Assembly: GCA_022425195.1 (NCBI GenBank)
Contig: JAKMFX010000016.1
Coordinates: 11,831-75,830, forward strand
Direction of reading: 5' to 3'
DNA: 64,000 nucleotides
Source of the DNA: Flavobacteriales bacterium
GTDB taxonomy: Bacteria > Bacteroidota > Bacteroidia > Flavobacteriales > UBA7430
Below, one piece after another: positions 8,591-18,114 of this stretch. The stretch's first letter is position 1, and every line of letters starts with the position of its first letter. The notes beneath the pieces were generated by a model. It had not been told where the DNA came from and searched no databases. It saw only the letters and a program-made list of their open reading frames with translations. A program made the translations under genes and the position numbers.

Positions 8591-8944
8591 GAAAAGCTCC
8601 CGACTCTGTCGCTTCTTAGGAAGAGGAAAGTCCGGACACCACAGAGCATCATACTAGTTAACGACTAGGCGTCTTCGGATGACAGCCAGTGCAGCAGAAA
8701 ACAACCGCCTTCGGGTAAGGGTGAAAAGGTGAGGTAAGAGCTCACCAGTACTTTAAGTGATTAGGGTAGCTGTGTAAACCTTATGAGGTGAAAGGTCATG
8801 TATACCAGGGTTCCTTTCGGGGATAAAAGTGCTCGCTTGATCTTGGAGGGTAGACTGCTAAAGATGCTTAGTGATAAGTATCGTAGATAAATGACAGAGG
8901 TCCTCTTTGAGGATGACAGAATCCGGCTTATGACGGAGCTTTTC
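8591..8944 (+). ncRNA. rnpB: RNase P RNA, bacterial type A
   Basis: The universal P4 strands GAGGAAAGTCCGG (8623-8635) and ACAGAATCCGGCTTA are present. The P1 helix pairs GAAAAGCTCC (8591-8600) with GGAGCTTTTC (8935-8944). The sequence also contains GGTAAGGGTGAAA and GTAAGAGC. Confidence 0.9.
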
Positions 8945-9629
8945 TTTTTTTATATTCATATCGTATGCTTGGCTGTTCATCTTCGGCCTCATTTCCATGA
9001 ATTTCCTGGTAAATGACTTCAAGCCCCTCTAAGCTTTGCAACAATTCTTCCTCTAGCTCCCAGGAGTATTTTTTACGTTGTGGCCCTTCTTCGCGATAAT
9101 ACATGGCCCAAAATAAGCCATTGATAGCTCCGAATAAATGTCCTTCCCAAGAGATTCTTTCCTGATTGGGGAAGATTCCCCACACCAGTCCTCCATAGAG
9201 AAATACAACACACATTGATAATGCCATTAAGTTTTTGTGTTTTCGAATAAAACCGCTGAAAAATAAAAATGAGGCCAAGGCGTAAACCAATCCGCTAGCT
9301 CCTATGTGAAAAGAGGGTCTTCCACCCAGCCAGAGTAATATTCCCGTGTATAGTACAGAGTAAAATGTGATTTTGTTGGCTAAGCTCGGGTAGAAATAGA
9401 AAAGGGCTGTTCCCAAAACTAAAAGTGGGATAGAATTGTTGAACAAGTGTTCCCAACTGCCGTGAACAAATACAGAACTTATGATACCAAAGACACCTTC
9501 TACCTCTCTTGGGTAGACCCCTAAGTGATTGAGTTTAATATCGTAGATGACTCCGAATGAATGAATACCTATCAAGACAAGCACAAAGACAAGTGGGTAT
9601 CTGAAGGCTTTTAGAAACGGATTCTTCAT
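8928..9629 (-). CDS. Rhomboid-family intramembrane serine protease
   Basis: 233-aa multi-TM protein. It has a GASG catalytic serine motif (HIGASGLVYAL) and a downstream catalytic His (EGHLFGAING). Confidence 0.8.
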   Translation of the reverse strand: MKNPFLKAFRYPLVFVLVLIGIHSFGVIYDIKLNHLGVYPREVEGVFGIISSVFVHGSWEHLFNNSIPLLVLGTALFYFYPSLANKITFYSVLYTGILLWLGGRPSFHIGASGLVYALASFLFFSGFIRKHKNLMALSMCVVFLYGGLVWGIFPNQERISWEGHLFGAINGLFWAMYYREEGPQRKKYSWELEEELLQSLEGLEVIYQEIHGNEAEDEQPSIRYEYKKRKAPS

Positions 9630-9712
9630 ATTTGTACTTTCAATTGGCGAGTTGTTACATTCAAATGTAACAAAAGATTATTTTATATATTTAAAAACAA
9701 AATAAATCAGCA

Positions 9713-10408
9713 ATGAACCATTATGTTCTTCCTCCTTTTTCTGAAGAATGGCTATTGTGGAATATAGGGACCTTGTCCTTTATTATTTCGCTCATTTTTA
9801 TTGGTCGAAAACTAAATCCTTTGAATCAAAAAAAAATGATCAAGGGATTTATTGTTGTCATGGTCTTGGAATATATTGGAATTCAATCGTATTACGTGTA
9901 CCATGATTTATGGACCGTACAAGATTCATTGCCTTTCCACTTGTGTAGGTTAATGTGGTTCAATGCACTTTTCGTGCTCACCACTCGCAATCAACTTGGG
10001 TTTGAAATGTTATTGTTTATTGGAATGGTCGGAGGATTTCATTCCTTGCTTACCCCTGAGTTTACCCATGGGGAAAGTTTGTATTTAAAGTTTGACTATT
10101 TCTTAGTTCATGGTGGCTTGGTAGCAATCCCCTTGTATTGTGTTTGGGTTTTAGGCATGCGCCCTAGAAGGTTTTCTTGGATTAAATCGTTTTTATATTT
10201 TCAAACTTTGGTATTCATCGTTGCCGTTTTAGATTTTGTTTTGGGAGCTAACTACATGTATCTGGCAGAAAAGCCCAATGTTAATAATCCTCTTCTAATT
10301 GGGCCTTGGCCATATTATATACTTGGCTTGCAGTTGGCAACATTGCTTCATACCCTCATCATTTATCTTCCCTTCTATTTTAAAAAATCATTTTTGCTGG
10401 ATGAGTAA
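9713..10408 (+). CDS. Integral membrane protein, YwaF/TIGR02206-like
   Basis: 231-aa polytopic protein. The LPFHLC motif is typical of that family, recognised from memory only. Confidence 0.45.
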   Translation: MNHYVLPPFSEEWLLWNIGTLSFIISLIFIGRKLNPLNQKKMIKGFIVVMVLEYIGIQSYYVYHDLWTVQDSLPFHLCRLMWFNALFVLTTRNQLGFEMLLFIGMVGGFHSLLTPEFTHGESLYLKFDYFLVHGGLVAIPLYCVWVLGMRPRRFSWIKSFLYFQTLVFIVAVLDFVLGANYMYLAEKPNVNNPLLIGPWPYYILGLQLATLLHTLIIYLPFYFKKSFLLDE

Positions 10409-11270
10409 GATACTTATTGTTGAGAGTGGTTCTTCAAAAGCGGATTGGCTTTTGTTAGAAAATGGAGTTTCAAAAGTGTCTTTTCAAACAAAAGGTTGGA
10501 ATCCACTCTTTATGACTCAAGAGGAGATGCAGGTTAGATTTCAATCATATCATGGGCTTAAAGGTTTTTATAAATCCATAGACCAAGTTTGTTTTTATGC
10601 TCCTGGATGTTCTCATGAAGAATCCAGGATTTCATTGCGAGATGCGTTAGTACAAGTGTTTGTGAATGCGCTTGTTGAGGTAGAAAGTGATTTACTTGCA
10701 GCAGCGAGATCAGTATACAAGGGTAACGCTCTTTTTGTCTCTATTTTAGGCACAGGTTCCAATACTGCTTTTTTTGATGGGGAAGTATTAGAGGCATTTA
10801 CGCCCTCTTTGGGGTATATCTTGGGAGATGAGGGTAGCGGAGCAGCTCTGGGGAAGAGACTTTTGGTCGCTTATTTGTATAGAAATCTTCCCAATGACTT
10901 GTATTCTGAATTTTCAAAAATACATTCTATTTCTAAAGAATTGGTTTTAAGTTCCGTCTACAAACAAGAAAATCCAAATCGGTTCCTGGCTTCATATGTG
11001 CCCTTTTTAGTTGCACATAAATCACACCCAAGGATCATAGAAATTGTAAAATCTGAGTTTCAGAATTACTTGGATGCCCACCTGATTTCAAATCCAATGT
11101 GCAGAGAATTTCCGATCGCATTTGTGGGATCTGTCGCATTTTACTTTCAGGAGGTTTTGAAAGAATTATGCTTGCAAAACAATCTTTCGATGTCCGAAGT
11201 CATTCAATCTCCGATTCATCATTTGGAAGAATATCATAGGCGGAAGATAGATAGAAATAAGACAAGGTGA
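10401..11270 (+). CDS. BadF/BadG/BcrA/BcrD-type ATPase (N-acetylglucosamine kinase-like)
   Basis: The sequence has MSKILIVESGSSKADW, a phosphate-1 loop of the ASKHA fold, and GYILGDEGSGAALG. The start at 10401 overlaps the upstream stop. The ORF-track start at 10299 lies inside the preceding gene. Confidence 0.7.
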   Translation: MSKILIVESGSSKADWLLLENGVSKVSFQTKGWNPLFMTQEEMQVRFQSYHGLKGFYKSIDQVCFYAPGCSHEESRISLRDALVQVFVNALVEVESDLLAAARSVYKGNALFVSILGTGSNTAFFDGEVLEAFTPSLGYILGDEGSGAALGKRLLVAYLYRNLPNDLYSEFSKIHSISKELVLSSVYKQENPNRFLASYVPFLVAHKSHPRIIEIVKSEFQNYLDAHLISNPMCREFPIAFVGSVAFYFQEVLKELCLQNNLSMSEVIQSPIHHLEEYHRRKIDRNKTR

Positions 11271-11271
11271 G

Positions 11272-12471
11272 TTAAAGGATACCTACTGAGGTCATACACT
11301 TCTTCATCTTCTCAAAAGTTCTCTCAATGTCATTGTCGATCCCTATGGAGATACGTACCATGCCTTCTGATAAGCCCATTTGATCTTGTTCTTCTTGAGG
11401 GATCTCAGAGGATGTACTCGACCCAGGTGCAGAGAACAAGGTTTTGTAAAAGCCAAGACTCACAGCCAGATACCCAATATTATCATTTTGCATGGCTTCC
11501 ATGAATGCATAAGCATTTTCTTTTGTTTTCACATCAAGAACAAGCATGCCTCCAAAACCAAATTCTTCATTATAGGTTTGAGACATTAACTGATGGTGAG
11601 GGTGAGATTTTACTCCGGGATAGAAGACTTTAATGCCTTCATTTTCAAATTTCTTAGTAATGTATTCAGCGTTATAGCTGTGTTGTTTCATTCGAATATG
11701 AAGCGTTTTAATATTTTTAAGGATACTTGCAGCTCTGATGGCATCCATAACAGGTCCCAATAACATCCCAGCCCCTGTATTCACATCCATCATTTCAGTA
11801 ATAAACTCTTCTTCGGCACATACAACTCCACCAACAGCATCTGAAGCTCCGTTGATGAATTTTGTGAGGGAATGCAATACGATGTCAGCACCTAACTCAA
11901 TAGGAGAGAAAATCATTGGGGTAAAGGTGTTGTCTACAACAAGCTTAATATTCGCTTTTTTTGTGATTTTTGAAATCGAAGGTAAATCCGCAATGTCTAA
12001 TAAAGGGTTGCTCATGGTTTCGCAATAAACCATTTTTGTGTTTTGGTTGATGAGTGCCTTTATTTGATCAGTTCTACTGATGTCAATGAAGTGAACTTTG
12101 ATTCCTAACTTGGGTAGGAAGTTTTTGAAAAATGCATAGGTTCCTCCATAAATCGTTCTGCTCGCGATGATTTCGTCTCCAGTTTTGCATATTTGAAGCG
12201 TACATGAGGTAATCGCACCCATACCTGAAGCCGTTACATAAGCAGCTTCTGTATTTTCCATTCCTGCGAGGGCTTCACAAAGATAATTCGTGCTCGGGTT
12301 TGTATGACGAGAATACAAATGACAACCTTCCTGTTCTCCTTCAAAAACGGCTTGCATGGTAGAAGCTTTGAGGTAGGTGAAGGTTGAAGAATCGGCTATA
12401 GAGGGGTTGACACCTCCATATTCACCAAAGTTTTGTAAGTCTTGTACTCGATCAGCGGGATTGTGTGCCAT
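11272..12471 (-). CDS. PLP-dependent Cys/Met-metabolism enzyme (methionine gamma-lyase / O-acylhomoserine sulfhydrylase family)
   Basis: 399 aa with the PLP-lysine motif SLTKFINGASD and an overall Cys_Met_Meta_PP layout. Confidence 0.8.
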   Translation of the reverse strand: MAHNPADRVQDLQNFGEYGGVNPSIADSSTFTYLKASTMQAVFEGEQEGCHLYSRHTNPSTNYLCEALAGMENTEAAYVTASGMGAITSCTLQICKTGDEIIASRTIYGGTYAFFKNFLPKLGIKVHFIDISRTDQIKALINQNTKMVYCETMSNPLLDIADLPSISKITKKANIKLVVDNTFTPMIFSPIELGADIVLHSLTKFINGASDAVGGVVCAEEEFITEMMDVNTGAGMLLGPVMDAIRAASILKNIKTLHIRMKQHSYNAEYITKKFENEGIKVFYPGVKSHPHHQLMSQTYNEEFGFGGMLVLDVKTKENAYAFMEAMQNDNIGYLAVSLGFYKTLFSAPGSSTSSEIPQEEQDQMGLSEGMVRISIGIDNDIERTFEKMKKCMTSVGIL

Positions 12472-12644
12472 ATTACATTAGATTTAATTGCAAAATTACT
12501 GCTTTCAATTGTAGTTTTAGTTTTTCTAATTGAAAATATTGAATTTCGTATTTGTCATACTGCAGTATACCAATTTGTAAACTGCAAATAAGACAGTGTC
12601 TCTTTGTTTGAGACTCTTCATCTAATCTAAAATGGGGGCGTGGA

Positions 12645-13226
12645 TTATTTGTAGGATTCCAACTGAATTTTTAGAGTAAATTCATTGTAAATCATTTTGT
12701 CTCCTAAGTCATCAAAAAATGAGCCAGAACCGTATTTTATATCGTGTTTTGTACGATCAATTTTTAAGCTTGCATTGGCGTGAACCATTCTGCCATGACT
12801 GTGGAATCTTGCAGGAAAGGTGATTTCTTCTGTGATATCTCTAATGGTCATGTCTCCAGTAACCATATATGAGGTTCCATCATAAATCACTTTTGTGATT
12901 TTGAAATTTGCCGTTGGATATTTGTCTGTGGCAAAAAAGTCATCATTTTTTAGATGGTCGACCAGTTTAGCAGCATATTCTTCATTTTCTATATCAGTAC
13001 AGGTGATGCTGTTCATGTCAATATCAAACGCTCCACCCACCAACATGTTTTCTTCAAACAAAAAGTACGCATTTTTTAAATCAACAAATCCTGAATGAGT
13101 TCCGGTAACTTTTTCTCCAATCCATTCTACCGTACTATTTTCAATTGATATCGGGTGCTTTTCTTGTGCTTGAAGTCCTGTAAGGCAAAGTATGCTAACA
13201 ACTGTTGATAAAATCGTCTTTTTCAT
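12645..13226 (-). CDS. YceI-family periplasmic protein
   Basis: 193 aa with a signal peptide. The blocks WIGEKVTGTHSG and TIRDITEEITFPA are YceI-like. Confidence 0.75.
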   Translation of the reverse strand: MKKTILSTVVSILCLTGLQAQEKHPISIENSTVEWIGEKVTGTHSGFVDLKNAYFLFEENMLVGGAFDIDMNSITCTDIENEEYAAKLVDHLKNDDFFATDKYPTANFKITKVIYDGTSYMVTGDMTIRDITEEITFPARFHSHGRMVHANASLKIDRTKHDIKYGSGSFFDDLGDKMIYNEFTLKIQLESYK

Positions 13227-13291
13227 GCTGTAGGTATTTTGTTTCTTTGGTGTAAATTAAGTGAATATTCTAGAGAAAAGCACACCATTAG

Positions 13292-13678
13292 ATGAAAAAG
13301 CAAATTGATTGCGTCGCTGAGTTTCATGACCTTTTCCAAATTGGGAATGAAGAGTCACCAAAGGCAAAAGTAGGTGAGGAGGTATATAATCTTCGATACC
13401 GCTTAATGAATGAGGAAAATGAAGAGTATCTGGACGCCTGCAAAGAAGGTGATTTGGTTGAGATCGCTGATGCCCTTGGAGACCAATTGTATATTTTATG
13501 CGGGACCATCCTAAAGCACGGTCTTCAGTTCAAGATTGAAGAGGTATTTGAGGAAATTCAAAGATCTAATATGTCAAAGTTAGATGCTGCAGGCAAGCCT
13601 ATTTTTCGTGAAGATGGTAAGATTTTAAAGGGAGAGAACTATTTTAAACCCGATATTAAATCTATTCTTTCTAAGTAA
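13292..13678 (+). CDS. MazG-like nucleotide pyrophosphohydrolase-fold protein
   Basis: 128-aa all-helical protein with E..EE...L/E.AD.L.D acidic pairs (MNEENEEYLDA, EIADALGDQLY). Confidence 0.55.
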   Translation: MKKQIDCVAEFHDLFQIGNEESPKAKVGEEVYNLRYRLMNEENEEYLDACKEGDLVEIADALGDQLYILCGTILKHGLQFKIEEVFEEIQRSNMSKLDAAGKPIFREDGKILKGENYFKPDIKSILSK

Positions 13679-13729
13679 TTCTGTTTTAAATAAGTTATTT
13701 TTGCATGACATGATTACAAAGCCCTAGGA

Positions 13730-14104
13730 GTGCGAAGGATTTTAAGTTTTGTTTTACTGTTTGCCTATGTAAGTGCTGTTTTAAGCGCCTTGTCCCCCTG
13801 TATTTATTATTACGCCAATCAAGAGTACATTGCTCAAAACTTGTGCGAAAATGACACGCCTGTTAGTCAAGAATGTCAGGGTATGTGTTACCTGAATAAC
13901 CAACTCGCTGAATCTGCCGAAAAATCAAACAAAGAGATGAGTGTGGAGTTGGAGAAATTTCCTGAGCTAATTAATAAATACTCTTTTTCTTTAAAATCTC
14001 AGTTTTGTCAGACCACAGATTGGTTTTCAAATTTGTCAAATCTGTACGTTTCAGAATGGATACATGATGTTTTTCATCCTCCTACTTCTGATTCAATCAC
14101 CTGA
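13730..14104 (+). CDS. Hypothetical membrane-anchored Cys-containing protein
   Basis: 124-aa ORF with a GTG start and an N-terminal hydrophobic helix. It contains the motif LCENDTPVSQECQGMCYL. No family recognised. Confidence 0.4.
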   Translation: MRRILSFVLLFAYVSAVLSALSPCIYYYANQEYIAQNLCENDTPVSQECQGMCYLNNQLAESAEKSNKEMSVELEKFPELINKYSFSLKSQFCQTTDWFSNLSNLYVSEWIHDVFHPPTSDSIT

Positions 14105-14178
14105 AATCTCGATTTCACTTATTTTGACATTAGAAAACAATTAATCTTGGGATTCCTATGCCCGAAAACAACTTACCC

Positions 14179-14658
14179 ATGAATTTTATTAAACAAACAA
14201 CATTAATTTTTGCTTTTGCATCACTGGTACTTTCATCATGTACGAAAGAGGATGACCATACGGCTCCAGAGATTACCTTTAATGAGCCTTCTTTAAATTT
14301 ATATGGAATAGCCGATACGGTTCCGGTAAAAGTCCACATTCACGATGATGAAGAGCTAGAGGCTGTGACGATTCAAATTACTAATGATGAAAATGACGAA
14401 GTCATTTCAATGAAATGGAATCATGTCTACAATGCACATTTAATGATTGACACATTTTTTGTTGCGTATTTGGATACGGCACTATCTGTAGACGATATGT
14501 GTAATTATTACATACTAGTAGAAGCAAAAGATGCGTCAGGAAATTCTGAAGAAGAAAAAGAATCCGTTCATATTATGGAAGGTAGCATGGATGATCATCA
14601 CAGTCATTCAGGAATGGACGATCATATGGATGGCCATATGAATCATTCAGGGTTGTAG
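14179..14658 (+). CDS. Lipoprotein with C-terminal Met/His-rich tail (putative metal-binding)
   Basis: The start MNFIKQTTLIFAFASLVLSSC gives a clean lipobox; the ORF-track start at 14158 is 7 codons upstream. The C-terminus reads MEGSMDDHHSHSGMDDHMDGHMNHSGL. Confidence 0.5.
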   Translation: MNFIKQTTLIFAFASLVLSSCTKEDDHTAPEITFNEPSLNLYGIADTVPVKVHIHDDEELEAVTIQITNDENDEVISMKWNHVYNAHLMIDTFFVAYLDTALSVDDMCNYYILVEAKDASGNSEEEKESVHIMEGSMDDHHSHSGMDDHMDGHMNHSGL

Positions 14659-14669
14659 AATCATTTTAT

Positions 14670-14709
14670 CAAAAAAAAAGCCCTACGAGATTTCGTAGGG
14701 CTTTTTTTA
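14670..14709. terminator. Bidirectional intrinsic terminator
   Basis: A 9-bp stem AGCCCTACG/CGTAGGGCT at 14679-14702 is flanked by A9 and T7 runs. It lies between the convergent lipoprotein gene and ilvE. Confidence 0.7.
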
Positions 14710-15750
14710 TACCGTAACGCGCCAACCAAATGGGTCTTCTGTTCGGCCGTATTGGATGTCTTGCAACTCTGTTTTTAGTTTGTTGGCAAATCCATCATCA
14801 TTAATTTCAAAAGAAAGTTTTTCTTCTTTGTAGGTAATCGAGTTAATACTCGCGACGGTAGCGGCAGTACCGGCTCCAAATGCCTCGGTAATGTTTCCAG
14901 ACTTGTGTGCAAGAACCAGACTTTCTAAGCCGATTTTTTCTTGAACACAAGGAATGCCGTGGTGTTCAGCCAATTTAATAAGGCTATCTCTTGTGATTCC
15001 TGGAAGGATAGAGTCACTTAGTGGTGGTGTTACCAATTCGTCTTTACGTCTAAAAAAGATGTTCATGGTTCCTGACTCTTCAATAAATTGATGGTGATTG
15101 CCATCGGTCCATATCAATTGCTGATAACCATTCTCTTGAGCCTTTTTTGCGGGGTAAAATGAAGCTCCATAGTTTCCGGCTGCTTTTGCCGCTCCAGTTC
15201 CACCTGCAGCAGCTCTGGTATAATTCGACTCAACTTTCACATGTACCTCGCCCTTATAGTATGCTTGTACCGGGCAAGTGATGATGATAAAGGTATACTC
15301 CTCAGATGGGTTCGCTTTGATGAAGTTTGAAGATGCGAACATGAATGGACGAAGGTATAATGCAGATGAAGCTTCTTTGGGAATCCATTTTTCATCGACT
15401 TTTAAAAGTTCATAGAGTCCTTCTAGGAATAGGTCTTCAGGAATTTCCGGCATACACATTCTTTTTGCCGACTTGTTGAATCTTTTTGCATTCTGGTCAG
15501 GCCGAAAAAGAAAGGTTTCATCTTTAGGCCCTTTGTAGGCTTTCATACCCTCAAAAATCGCTTGACCATAGTGAAGAGAGTGTAAGGAGGGAAGAATGCT
15601 TATGGTTCCATAGGGTTTGATTTCACCTTCTTGCCACTCGCCATTTTTATATTTTACGACAAACATATGGTCAGAAAATACAGACCCAAATTCTGTATTT
15701 CTCCAACCATCTTTATCCCATCGACTTTGGTTTACTTTTTCAACTTTCAT
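14707..15750 (-). CDS. ilvE: Branched-chain amino acid aminotransferase
   Basis: 347-aa class IV aminotransferase. Characteristic blocks include EGMKAYKG, LYLRPF and GTGAAKAAGNY. Confidence 0.9.
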   Translation of the reverse strand: MKVEKVNQSRWDKDGWRNTEFGSVFSDHMFVVKYKNGEWQEGEIKPYGTISILPSLHSLHYGQAIFEGMKAYKGPKDETFLFRPDQNAKRFNKSAKRMCMPEIPEDLFLEGLYELLKVDEKWIPKEASSALYLRPFMFASSNFIKANPSEEYTFIIITCPVQAYYKGEVHVKVESNYTRAAAGGTGAAKAAGNYGASFYPAKKAQENGYQQLIWTDGNHHQFIEESGTMNIFFRRKDELVTPPLSDSILPGITRDSLIKLAEHHGIPCVQEKIGLESLVLAHKSGNITEAFGAGTAATVASINSITYKEEKLSFEINDDGFANKLKTELQDIQYGRTEDPFGWRVTV

Positions 15751-15752
15751 AA

Positions 15753-16838
15753 TTACTTAATATATCTGAAATCTTGTTCGTTTTTAATTTTTAACACGCT
15801 GTGGTAAATCAGTTCAATCACATTTTTAACATCATCAATATGAGCCGATTCTACGGTGGTGTGCATGTAGCGTAATGGAAGAGATATAAGTGCCGAGGCC
15901 ACACCACCTGTTGCAAATGCGAAGGCATCTGTATCTGTTCCCGTAGCTCTGGACGCAGCCAGTCTTTGGAACGGAATTTTATTCTCATTGGCACTATCTA
16001 TGATTAGCTTTAAAAGATTGTTTTGGACTGCAGGTCCATAGCTCACCACAGGACCATCACCACATTTTAAATCACCTTGTTTAATTTTATTGATCATAGG
16101 AGTGTTTGTGTCATGACAAACGTCGGTAACAATAGCGACATCAGGGCGAATGGTTTCTACAATCATTTTTGCACCGTGAAGTCCTACCTCTTCCTGAACT
16201 GAATTGGTAATGTACAAACCGAAAGGAAGCTTCTTTTTGTTTTTGTGAAGCAAACGAGCAACTTCAGCAATGACGAAACCACCAATTCTATTGTCCAAGG
16301 CCCTACCTACAAAATATCGATTGTTGAGGGTCATGAACTCATCTTCATAAGTAACCACACAACCTACATGAATGCCCATTTCTTCAACTTCTTCTTTGTT
16401 GGTGGCACCACAGTCTAGGAATATTGTGTCTAACTCAGGTGATTTTTCATCTTTTGCGGTACGCGTATGAATTGCGGGCCATCCAAAAACGGCTTTAACG
16501 GTTCCCTTATCTGTATGGATGTTTACGCGTTTAGAAGGTGCTATTTGATGATCAGAGCCTCCATTCCTTCTCAGGTAAATGAAGCCATCCTTTGTGATGT
16601 AGTGAACAAACCAAGAGATCTCGTCGGCATGTGCCTCGATAACCACTTTATATTTGGCATTGGGGTTAATCACCCCAACCACAGTACCATAAGTGTCTAC
16701 GAAGTGTTCATCGATGTATGGATTCAGGTAATCCAACCAAAGTTTTTGCCCCTCACTTTCAAATCCAGTAGGGGAAGGGTTGTTGAGATATTTCTCAAGG
16801 AAATCAAGGGATTTCTTAGGGAAAAAGTTTTTTTTCAT
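15753..16838 (-). CDS. M42-family glutamyl aminopeptidase (FrvX-like)
   Basis: The blocks VIEAHADEI, RALDNRIG, SVQEEVGLHGA and TGTDTDA are M42-like. I chose the start MKKNFFPK at 16838. The ORF-track start at 16910 would abut the divergent gene and leave no promoter space. Confidence 0.8.
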   Translation of the reverse strand: MKKNFFPKKSLDFLEKYLNNPSPTGFESEGQKLWLDYLNPYIDEHFVDTYGTVVGVINPNAKYKVVIEAHADEISWFVHYITKDGFIYLRRNGGSDHQIAPSKRVNIHTDKGTVKAVFGWPAIHTRTAKDEKSPELDTIFLDCGATNKEEVEEMGIHVGCVVTYEDEFMTLNNRYFVGRALDNRIGGFVIAEVARLLHKNKKKLPFGLYITNSVQEEVGLHGAKMIVETIRPDVAIVTDVCHDTNTPMINKIKQGDLKCGDGPVVSYGPAVQNNLLKLIIDSANENKIPFQRLAASRATGTDTDAFAFATGGVASALISLPLRYMHTTVESAHIDDVKNVIELIYHSVLKIKNEQDFRYIK

Positions 16839-16911
16839 TGCTTGAATTAAATCAAATAAGGTTTGCCAATATACAATTTTTGCTTGGTATATTTGTGAAA
16901 AATAACACACA

Positions 16912-17580
16912 TTGGTTTTGGAAAAAGAGACAGTAAAAACCTCAGATGGGTCATCTACTATATTCGTGCCAGAATTGGATGAGACCTATCATTCAACGCA
17001 TGGCGCCTTGCAAGAATCTTTGCATGTATTTATTTCAGAAGGATTGAAATACAAGTCAGATTCAAATCATCTTTCTGTACTTGAAATAGGTTTTGGAACC
17101 GGGTTAAATGCTTTGCTCACTTTTATGGAAGCAAGGAAGCAAAATATGGTTGTAAAGTACACAACCATAGAAGCCTTTCCTCTGGAATGGAAAATGGTTG
17201 AGACACTGAATTATACGCATTTGATGAATATGCAATCTTGTGAAATTACGTTCAAGAAAATGCATACTTGTGACTGGGATGTTTTCAATGAGCTAAGTCC
17301 CTCTTTTGCATTTAGAAAAAAAGAGATGAATCTCCAAGATGTTTGTTTTGAAAACGAATTCGATTTGATCTATTTTGACGCTTTTTCTCCTAGGACACAA
17401 CCTGAATTGTGGACCGAAGAAATTTTCACCTCTATGTACAGGTCTTTAAAAGCAGGAGGGGTGTTGGTGACTTATTGTGCCAAGGGAACCGTGAAAAGAG
17501 CCTTAAAGTCTGTGGGATTTACTTTGCAAAGTATTCCTGGACCTCCGGGGAAAAGAGAAATGAGCAGAGCCATCAAATAA
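16912..17580 (+). CDS. MnmC-like SAM-dependent tRNA methyltransferase domain protein (DUF752-type)
   Basis: 222 aa. The blocks LEIGFGTGLN and FDLIYFDAFSP..QPELW are typical of the MnmC C-terminal methyltransferase domain. The ORF has a TTG start. Confidence 0.7.
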   Translation: MVLEKETVKTSDGSSTIFVPELDETYHSTHGALQESLHVFISEGLKYKSDSNHLSVLEIGFGTGLNALLTFMEARKQNMVVKYTTIEAFPLEWKMVETLNYTHLMNMQSCEITFKKMHTCDWDVFNELSPSFAFRKKEMNLQDVCFENEFDLIYFDAFSPRTQPELWTEEIFTSMYRSLKAGGVLVTYCAKGTVKRALKSVGFTLQSIPGPPGKREMSRAIK

Positions 17581-17583
17581 ATC

Positions 17584-18069
17584 TTATTCTGCTTTCATTT
17601 TGTCTACGATTCTAGATACCGCAGGACAAACCTCGACGTTTTTGAGGGTAAGCGGAAGAATCTGATGCATTTTTTTTCGGTTTGTATGTGGGTATTCAGC
17701 ACATGCTCGTGGTCGTACTTCATAAACTTTACAGGAGTTGTCTTCTGACAAAAAGGGACAGGGGCTTCCCTTCAGTACTAAGTCATATTCATCATCTCGC
17801 AACAGGTACTTTTCTTGAAAAGCGGCAGATTTCACCTGTAGATGTTTCGCTATGCGATCTACATCTTTTGATGTGAAAATGGGACTGGTCGTCTTACAAC
17901 AATTGGCACAATCCAAACAATCCACTTTTTCAAAAACTTCCTCATGCTTTTCATGAAAATAATCGTCTAAAGGAGCGCCTTTCATTTTTTTGAGCTGAGT
18001 AAAAAGTTTTTTGTTTTCTTTTTGCTCTTCCCTAGCTTTCCGCTTGAGTTTATCTATTTCTTCTTTCAA
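17584..18069 (-). CDS. YkgJ-family cysteine-cluster protein
   Basis: 161 aa with a CLDCANCCKT cluster plus downstream CPFL....C motifs. Confidence 0.7.
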   Translation of the reverse strand: MKEEIDKLKRKAREEQKENKKLFTQLKKMKGAPLDDYFHEKHEEVFEKVDCLDCANCCKTTSPIFTSKDVDRIAKHLQVKSAAFQEKYLLRDDEYDLVLKGSPCPFLSEDNSCKVYEVRPRACAEYPHTNRKKMHQILPLTLKNVEVCPAVSRIVDKMKAE

Positions 18070-18114
18070 TGGGAGTTTTTTGTAAAAATACGAATTTGAA
18101 TACTTTTAGCCCCC

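Noticed and set aside
8474-8668. 64-aa track ORF
   Set aside because: It overlaps the 5' third of RNase P RNA, including the P4 GAGGAAAGTCCGG, so it is an artefact of a structured RNA gene.
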